From assembly GCA_964016885.1 (NCBI GenBank), contig OZ024740.1, positions 263,314,001 through 263,378,000 of the forward strand: a DNA stretch of 64,000 bases. Reading direction: 5' to 3'. The notes under the pieces are model-generated. The model saw only the letters and a program-made list of their open reading frames with translations. It was not told the origin of the DNA and made no database searches. The translations under genes and the position numbers were made by a program. This stretch comes from Eledone cirrhosa (taxonomy: Eukaryota). Below, in pieces: positions 55,348 to 64,000 of this stretch. Positions within the stretch are counted from its first letter, which is position 1. Each line of letters opens with the position of its first letter.

Positions 55348-55955
55348 TTGTCAGGTCACCAGTTGGTGCTATTGGTAACATGTATTCCAGTACAACCTGT
55401 CCCCTGGTCGCGTCGTTGGCGACTAAACTGGCAACCCCACCAAGGTTTCTTGGTGAGGAGGGTCACTAGACATCCTGCAGGACTAAAAACAAAACCTGTC
55501 AAAGGGCAAAGGAGCTCTTAAGAGTCAATGGCCATCCAAAATCACCTGGAGAGATGATCCCTTAGCCTTTGTCAAGGCAGAATTCTAGAAGAAGGAAAAC
55601 TCTGATATAACACCTGCAACCCAGATGGTATCCAATGATGTTGACTTGTTCTTCTTTTTGGTAAATATCATCTTGGTTAAGAGAGTGGGACTGGCTTTGT
55701 GCAGTGCCTTTGCTCGCTATAAAAGCTTCACGGCACAGGCATCGCTTTATATCTGGAGATCTCTCTGCACTTGTCGTCACATGGTACCATGGGCCCAGCA
55801 CTATGTGTCAATAATTGTCACAAGTGTAGTGTTTGTACCAGAGTTTTCAAGTCGCTGGCGGGACTAACAAGTCACACTCGTTCAGCGCATCGGTAGGGTT
55901 CTTCTACAAGGATATAAAGTAATGGCCGTATTCGAAAACGAGTTGGCAGCCACCA
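55348..55955 (+). mobile_element. RTE 5'-UTR-like non-coding segment inserted in (TATG)n
   Basis: ggcgactaaactggcaacccc and ctagaagaaggaaaactctga motifs resemble RTE leaders (from memory); TATG repeats on both sides. Confidence 0.45.
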
Positions 55956-55974
55956 TGTATGTATGTATGTATGT

Positions 55975-57150
55975 ATAAGAGACCTCTTATATGCAGATTA
56001 TTGCGATCTTGTAGGGCACACAGAGAGTGATATGCAGCACAATTTGAATGCATTTTCTGATGCTACACTGCCATAGAATTGACTGTCAATCTCAAGAAAA
56101 CCGTCATCATGTACCAACCTGCTCCTGGTAAGCAGTACAGTGAGCCAAATATCTATGTGTATGGTAAATGACTTGGAGTGGTTGATCAGTTTGTCTACCG
56201 GGGAAGCACTGTCAATCGATACAGCAATCTTGATAACGAAATTCCATTCAGGATTAGGAAAGCAAGTGATGCTTTTGGAGAGCTAGAAAGGCGACTCTGG
56301 GGTCAGCGAGACATTTGCAAGAAGACAAAGGTAAAGATGTACAAGGCATGTGTGCTCTCTTCTCTTCTTTATGCCTGCGAAACCTCTTTAAACAATTGGA
56401 GCGTTTCCATTAGATGTGTCTCAGACAGAGGCATTGCGTTCACTGGAGGGACTACATCAGTGATGTCGAGATTTTGGAAAGCTCTCTGTGTGACAGTATA
56501 GAATCTCTTATGATTAAACAAAGTCTCCGTTGGAGTGGTCACTTTGCAAGGATGAAGGATTCTAGAATACCAAAACAACTCTTTTATGGAGAGTTAGTTA
56601 AAGGAAAATGACCTCCATATAAACCCCCCAAAAGAGGTATAATGATTCGTTGAAAGCCTCTTTGAAACACGCTAACATCTCTGCTGATACATAGGAAAAT
56701 GTTGCTGCTGATCGTAATAAATGGAGAAGACTGTATATGAGGGGAAAGTTGCCTTAGAGGCATCTCGTATCGCATACGAGAAAGTAAAGAGAAATGTGAG
56801 GAAATACATTACTGTTGCATTTCCAGACGGCGAAGGTCCTCCTATGGCGCTGACATGCAGCGTCTGTGCGAGACTCAGCCTCAGCAAGACTGACCTCGAA
56901 AGTCATCTTCGCAATCATATAGTGAGACCAGTGGCTGACGACCAGGCTGCTGTTGTAGATGCTACTCATGCCTGCCAAGTATGTAGCAGATAATGTAAAT
57001 CAGCAGGAGGGCTCAAACGTCATGCAAAAGTACATGACCTCCAAACACAGCCGGCTATTCCCGGTGAATGTTTTGGTTGCCAACTCTGTGCAAGACATTT
57101 TAGATCATTGGCTGGGCTAAAAAGCCACAGTCGATCGCAGCACTTTTAAT
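55975..57150 (+). mobile_element. RTE-clade LINE 3' half, decayed, with three C2H2-like fingers
   Basis: LLYADYCDL, VDQFVYRGS..RIRKASDAFG.L..VLSSLLYACET, LRWSGH..RM..SRIPKQLFYGEL, CSVC..H...H repeats. Confidence 0.9.
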
Positions 57151-57156
57151 TGTTAT

Positions 57157-57194
<38 letters not shown>

Positions 57195-57341
57195 TGTGTG
57201 TGTGTGTGTGTGTGTGTATGTGTGTGTGTGCGCGTGTGGGTGTGTGTGTGTGTGTGGGCGTGTGTGTGCGTGTGTGTGTGTGAGCGCGTGTGAGCGCGTG
57301 TGAGCGCGTGTGTTTATAGATATGTATATGATTTGCAGCAT

Positions 57342-57486
57342 AGTAAGGGCTCTTTGCGTTCTGAGTTCAAATCCGCCAAGGTTAACTTTGCCTTTCATCC
57401 TTACGAATTCGATAAAATAAAGTACCAGTGGTGCACTGGGGTAATCGCTGGCCTTGTGCCAAAAGTAGAAACATTATTATTATTAT
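57342..57486 (+). mobile_element. 5'-truncated SINE
   Basis: Core plus tail agaaacattattattatt. Confidence 0.85.
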
Positions 57487-57641
57487 TGGATTTATTTCAA
57501 CCACACTCCATCTTGGTTAAACCCTTTTTCTTAACAACATAATTTTCTTCAGGATAAATCTTTTTTCTGTTTTCTGGAGCGGAGTCTGAGAAACATCTAT
57601 TATTTAACCCTACCGTCTGAGAAACATCTATTATTTAACCC

Positions 57642-57890
57642 GACGTAACTATGCTGTAAAGCATGGCGTCCGACCCTCTACCGATACTGCCAATCCACCG
57701 AGGGCGGTGGATTGGTAGTATCGGTAGAGGGTCGGACGCCATGCTTTCCAGCATAGTTACGTCCCTTTACGATCTGAGTTCAAATCCCGCCGAGGTTGAC
57801 TTTGCCTTTCATCCTTACGGGGTCGATAAAATAAAGTACCACTAAGGCACTGGGTAATTGCTGGCCTTGTGCCTAAAGTAGAAACAATTA
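57642..57890 (+). mobile_element. SINE (57702-57890) preceded by an inverted copy of its own head (57642-57700)
   Basis: Head-to-head palindrome centred near 57701; TSD attatttaaccc. Confidence 0.9.
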
Positions 57891-58039
57891 TTTAACCCTA
57901 ATATATCTATTACCTGACGAATGGTTTCGACTAAATTATTATTATCCTCTTTTTTTTCAGTTACGCTAATTTGATACCAGAATGTCTCATAACTGCTGTT
58001 TGAGGGTGATCAAATTTATTAAAACGTTCATTTTTTACT

Positions 58040-58800
58040 AGCTTCAAACACCATTTGTATTTCATCTTTCAGTCTTTCTTGGTGAGGAGAGTAGGTTTGC
58101 TTCTGTTTACTTGTCACCAGCATGTTGAATAGCAGCTGCAAGTTGTGATACATCGGCTAGTTGTAAAGCCCTGATACTCCATGGGGTACTGTCAAATGCC
58201 TTCTGTAAGTCCAGCCACACTACAGCCAATGTTCTGCCTTTCTTCATTGTTTTTTTCTTGAATCCTTTTCTTCATTAACTTCAGACACCCCAAATTTTAT
58301 TTTACTGTCGCTGTTTAAAATGCTGCCTGAGTTACATTTCATAACAACAATGAGTTGTGAGTTATTTCTTCACAGGAGGATCATTTTATTTTTTTAAGTT
58401 GCGTGCCGATGGTTGCCACTCTAATTGAAATTGCAGACCTGTTGAAACATCAGCGCAGCTCACTTGTGAGATAAAAAATTGTGTTCCGTGTGGTATGGAT
58501 TTTAGCAAAGTTATTCCTGTGTTGTTTGCTGCGAGATTTACCAGACTTTCCCGTCTGTCCATCAGAGGACCTGGGATCGTTAACTTCACAGTTTGGGTTT
58601 GTAGTAACAGCATGCTTTGAAACATAGTTCGTGTAAATGTATCGATTTACATCTAATTATACGTGTTCTTGTTGATTTCAATGTTTTTGGGAAAAGTATA
58701 ATTCTAGGTGTTAATTTGCATGAATACCAATGTTGTGGGATCCGTTTGTATCTATATGCTTCATATAAATCTTTATTCAAATTGTAGCTCCATTGTATAC
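58040..58800 (-). mobile_element. heavily decayed RLE-type non-LTR RT fragment
   Basis: Minus strand GRTLAVVWLDLQKAFDSTP at ~58180-58240; boundaries uncertain. Confidence 0.5.
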
Positions 58801-59194
58801 AATGATTGTTGTTACAATTTGGTCATGGGAGCCTTTTTGGGGGTGCGTGAAGTTACAATGCTGTGTTTCGTATAATCAATATTTAAGCACATCAATATTT
58901 GTCTGTTATCTTATCGCACTCTGTAGCTTAACTTTTCTATGATATTTTAAGTTTCCTTCATATGAGCAGTAATTAAACGCGTCCGTGTATCAGAGGGACC
59001 ACAGCGCTCACGATGTATGTTTACATGCTTGAATGTATGCATGCATGCTTTACGTGTGTACGATTCTATATGTATGGATGCCTAAATATATCACATTAAT
59101 TATTTAATATTATCTTAGGATATAACACAACCGCCAGCTAAAGCTGTCTACCAGGGTGCAGCAATAGGGTCGAATTTTGGATAGATTGATCTCA

Positions 59195-60800
59195 GAAACG
59201 AAAGAGGAACAGTGGATATGATCTATTCTATTCGACAGCTGGAAGAAAAGTGTATCGAGAAGCGTATGGACATTTACCAGGTCTTTGTTGACTTGACAAA
59301 GGCCTTTGATACATTTAATTGAACTGCGTTGTGGACAATTTTAGAAAAGCTTGGTTGTGCTCCAACATTTGTGAAAATTCTGCGACTTTTTCATGATGAC
59401 ATGAAAGCTTGGGTCAGTATTGGTGGTAGTGTCTCTGAACCAATATCAGTTGAAAATGGAGTGAAACAGGGCGAAATTTCGGGTACAACTTTGTTTTCCT
59501 TATATTTCACGATAGTGTTTCTCATGGCGTTCAAAACTTGTTCGCATTGAATTTACATCAATATCGCATTTCAGGAAGGTTGTTCAACATCAGGCGCTTT
59601 TGTGTAGACACGAAATTATAAACATCTCTATGCATATGACTGCGATCTTTTTGTACACTCACAAAGCGACATGCAGCATCTTATGAACTCTTCTTTTTAA
59701 GCTTGCAGCGCTTTGGACCTCTCAATAAGCTTGGACAAAACCGTTGTTTTGTAACACCCAGCACATGGCAAAGAATATACTACACTAAGAGTGTGCATGT
59801 ACGCAAAGAAGTTAAAGGTTGCTGACAAATTTGTTTACCTTGGGAGTATATGGAACAATTCATGAACAATTGATGATGAAATATCTTTAAGAATCAAGAA
59901 AGCCAATGATGCTTTGGGATGGTTGAATGAAAGTTTATGGTCCAGACAAGGTTTCTCCATTGAAGCAAAGGTAAAAGTGTATCTGACCTATGTACTATCC
60001 CCATTGCTTTATGCTTGTGAAAATTGGATCACATGCAAAAAGGACCTCAAGGAACTGGAGAGATTTAACCAACAATCTCTTCGTAAGATACTTGTGGTTC
60101 GTCAGCGATTTGGGGGTTCTCAAATGGGGCAGGTGCATGGGTATAGAGAGCATGATCTTTCGGCATCGATTGTGGTGGTGCGGTCATGTAGTGGAGATGT
60201 CTGCTGATCGTAAGAAAGAAACTTCTTTACTGTGAATTGTGCGAAGGTAGGCGACCAATACACAAACCAAACAGGCAGCGCCGAGATTGTGTCAGGGAGC
60301 ACCTTGACTTGCACTGAAATTGCATCTGATGAATTGGAGAAAGGGGCTAACGATCGTGCGAAATGGAGACGTCTGATCAAGTCTAGAAGAGAACAGTTTG
60401 AAATTCGTGGAAGGGAACACGAAATACTGAAAAGGAAGGTAAGGAAATTGGACTGTTTTCAACTGCCTCTATTGAGGAATATCTGGTTTGCCAGCACGGT
60501 GGCCAAATGTGCCTGAGCAAAGCTGGTCTGATAAAACATGAACAAAGTCATATCAGTAAACTGATACTGATGATGTTTACTGATATCAGTAAACCTTATG
60601 TAGATTACGAACAGAATAATCTGAAAAAGTGTAGGAAATGTGTAAAAAAAATGTGCAAGCATGGGAGATCTTAAAAGTCATATGCAAACGCACAGTCAGA
60701 GCCAAAAAGTAGAAAGTCCCAGAGGAATCTACAGTTGCCATGTACGTACCAGAGAATGCCAATTTTAGGTTGGTTGGAAGAGCCAAATTCACGCCTCACA
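59195..60800 (+). mobile_element. RTE-clade LINE RT and 3' region, decayed
   Basis: RGTVDMIYSIRQLEEKC.E..FVDLTKAFDT..LWTILEKLGC..GVKQG..FVYLGS..LLYACENW..LWWCGHV. Confidence 0.9.
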
Positions 60801-60889
60801 TTTTTTAACATTTCATCAAGCGTTGGCAATACTCGAACCCGAGTTTGCAGCTATCATCATGTATGTATGTAAGTATGTATGTAAGTATG

Positions 60890-60965
<76 letters not shown>

Positions 60966-60979
60966 TACTTACATATGTA

Positions 60980-61041
<62 letters not shown>

Positions 61042-61055
61042 TACTTACATATGTA

Positions 61056-61099
<44 letters not shown>

Positions 61100-61120
61100 T
61101 ACATATATACATACATAAGT

Positions 61121-61622
61121 ATAAGGATTCACTGAGAGCCTCTTTGAAAGACGCTAATATCTCTGCTGATACATGGTAAAATGTTGCTGCTGATCGTAAT
61201 AAATGAAGAAAGACTGTATATGAGGGGAAAGTCGCCTTTGAGGCATCTCGAATCGAATAGGAGAAAGTAAAGAGGGATGTGAGGAAGGGCATTGCTGTGG
61301 CATTTCCAAACAACGAAGGTCCTCCTATGGTGTCTGTGCGAGACTCTGCCTCAGCAAAGCCAGACTAGAAAGTTATCTTCGCAGTCATAAAGTGTGACCA
61401 GTAGTTGACTGCCAGGCTGCTGTTGGAGATGCTACTCATCATGCCTGCCAAGCATATGGTAGAGAGTGTAAATCAGCAGGAGGGCTCAAACGACATGCAA
61501 AAGCACATGAACTACCACCACAGATGGCTATTCCCAGTGAACGTTTTGGTTGCCAACTCTGTGCGAGACATTTTCGATCATTGGCTAGGCTAAAACGCTA
61601 CATTCAATCGCAGCACTGTAAA
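61121..61622 (+). mobile_element. 3' fragment of the same RTE family as 55975-57150
   Basis: Close nucleotide match to ~56640-57150. Confidence 0.9.
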
Positions 61623-61642
61623 TTGTAAATCGTGTGTGTGTG

Positions 61643-61688
<46 letters not shown>

Positions 61689-61903
61689 TGTGTGTGTGCA
61701 TATATATATATATATAATTATTATTATTGATGTTATTATTCTCATTATTTTTTTTTTCGTGCAATGGCCATACTCAATAACGAGGGGGCATCCATCATAT
61801 GTATATGTGTTTATGTATGTATGTTTGTGTGTGTATCAATGTATGTATGTATGTGTATATATATATATATATAAGTGGTTACACAACAGTTAGTTCACTA
61901 TAC

Positions 61904-61945
61904 CGAGAAAGAACAATTGTTTCACCTTAGCGGATCCTCAGCTCG
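61904..61945 (-). ncRNA. minimal hammerhead motif
   Basis: Minus strand: cgag CTGAGGA tccgctaaggt GAAA caattg TT ct(ttct)cg; 4 nt insertion in helix I. Confidence 0.6.
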
Positions 61946-62994
61946 TAATGAACATGGTTAAACGGAACAGGAAGGACAACCGTACGAACGCGCATGCGCA
62001 GAAACCGTCACTTCACATAGGCAATACTAAAACGCGTGCGAGAGGTGTAAGGGAGATAACTGCAAAAGTCCGAAAAGTTTCTAGTTGATAAGAAAATTAG
62101 GATGTTGTTGTGATTCAATCCGGAGATTTGTAGTTATGTTAGAGGTGTTTCGAGACGTGTGGACAACGTGTGAAGAATTCATTTCTCGTGTTTAGGCAAC
62201 CACTATTGCATAATCTCTTCAGAATATTTATTTGTTCACCAATACATAGTCCACACGACGGATTTCCCCATGCGTATGGATTGGACTTAGTGCTGGCTTT
62301 CCAATGAATGCAGTAGTCTATACTTGAGTCCTTGAAGGATCATACGTGAAGGCCCACATCACCAACAGGCCTCAGAGCATCACCCCACCAGGGTTCTCTT
62401 GTCGTAAGCCCGAAGCTTGCAATACACCCGCTGTAATTTATGAAGCTGATGTCACTTCCAACCGACCAAATCAACCACAGGAGGTCAAATCCTATGTGGG
62501 TTTGTCGGAGGGCCGATTTAAGGAACGCTTCCTGAACCACCAGTCGACCTTTAGGTACCCGGACAGACGTTCATCCACGAAACTCGCGAGCCCCGAATGG
62601 TCCCTCAAGGACTCAAGTATAGACTACTCCATTTAATGGAAAGCCATCACTAAGTCCAAGCCATACGCAAGGGGAAATCCGTCGTGTGGACTATGTATTG
62701 ATGAACGAATAAATATTCTAAAGAGATTATGCAATAGTGATTGCCTAAAGACAAGAAATGAATTCTTCACACGTTGTCCCCACGTATAGAAACACCTCTT
62801 ACATAACTACAAAGCTCCGGATTGAATCACAACAGCATCCTAATTTTCTTATCAACTAGAAACTTTTCGGACATTCGCGGGTATCTCCCTTACACCTCTC
62901 GCACGCTTTTTAGTATTACCTGTGTGAAGTGGCGGTTTCTGCGCATGCGCGTTCGTACGGTTGTCCTTCCTGTTCCGTATAACCATGTCCATTA

Positions 62995-63032
62995 CGAGCT
63001 GAGGATCCGCTAATGTGAAAAAATTGTTCTCG
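62995..63032 (+). ncRNA. minimal hammerhead motif
   Basis: cgag CTGAGGA tccgctaatgt GAAA aaattg TT ctcg; substitutions in helices II and III. Confidence 0.55.
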
Positions 63033-63127
63033 GTATGGTGAACTAACTGTTGTGTAACCACTTCTACCTAACTCGTCCCATGGAATTAGTGCTCTACCAC
63101 TACGGATATTACCTTCCAGTGTTCTAC

Positions 63128-63174
<47 letters not shown>

Positions 63175-63887
63175 TGTGTGTGTGTGGGTGTGTGTGTGTA
63201 TGTGTGTGTATAAGTGTGCACGTATGTATGTTTTTGTGTATATCAATGTATGTATGCATGTATGTAAGTACGTTTGTGTGTGTATGTATGTAGTAGTGTA
63301 TCTATGATTATATGCATGAATGTGCATGCATTTGCGTATGGGTATGCATGTATATATGTATGTGTGTATATATATGTAGGTATGTATATATGTATGTATG
63401 TAAGTGTGTATGTATGTCTGTAGCATTAGATTTCAAATGTTTGAGAAATATAATGTGAATATTTCTACGTGCAACTTGTTTAGTGCTCAGCTCAATCGAA
63501 TACATCAGTTTTCATAGCGTTGATATATAGATATATAGATTTAGTCTAAATGGAAAGACGTGGAGAATATACCAAGATACAGACATAAAATAAACATACA
63601 TATTTTATAGGTCCTTCAGCTGAATATACTTCTATGCTTCTAGCTGATATGTGTGTGTATAACATTATATATCCAGAACTTGCCCTCATAATGAGATGAT
63701 AGAATGCTTAGCATGCAGCTATCTTAGTTAGTAATATATACTAGTATTACCAAAATTGTTTAACACCGGAAGAGCAACTGTAACCGACTCATAATCGAAA
63801 GTACACAAATAATTTCTATCTATCTATCTCCGCCCCCTCTCTCTCCTCTCTCTATCTCTCTATCCCTCTCTCTCTCTCTCTCCTAAG

Positions 63888-63971
<84 letters not shown>

Positions 63972-64000
63972 TCACATTCACACACACACGTACACCTACA

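Larger units (their letters stand above)
61873..63063 (+). mobile_element. second Penelope-like (Naiad-type) family: GIY-YIG fragment between ~465 bp inverted arms
   Basis: SCRKPEAC..VIYEA..SYVGLSEGRFKERFLNHQSTF..STKLA..W.LK..PY..CGLC..E; arms 61873-62342 / 62598-63063. Confidence 0.9.

Overview
An AT-rich eukaryotic window, not prokaryotic. Its (TA)n/(CA)n/(GA)n microsatellites, tRNA-derived SINEs and mix of non-LTR retroelements look like an octopod cephalopod genome (inference from the repeat families only). No intact host protein-coding gene is recognisable, and most of the ORF track is microsatellite noise. Contents: (i) a nested retroelement cluster at ~5.9-25.8 kb with two decayed R4/Dong-type RLE LINEs, a head-to-tail array of Tx1/L1-type LINEs ending in (ATT)n, and a CRE-type fragment; (ii) several RTE-type fragments; (iii) more than 15 SINE copies, several with target-site duplications (TSDs); (iv) about 15 hammerhead-ribozyme (HHR) motifs read by eye, most of them minimal type I with a family-specific palindromic helix III. 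The HHRs lie in Penelope-like (probably Naiad-type, GIY-YIG) termini. Several of these form tail-out inverted-repeat elements of ~0.18-3.5 kb; the three largest have an outward-facing ribozyme at each end, and most 3' ends run into (TA)n. All coordinates and pairings were read manually and may be off by a few bases. No database search was run.
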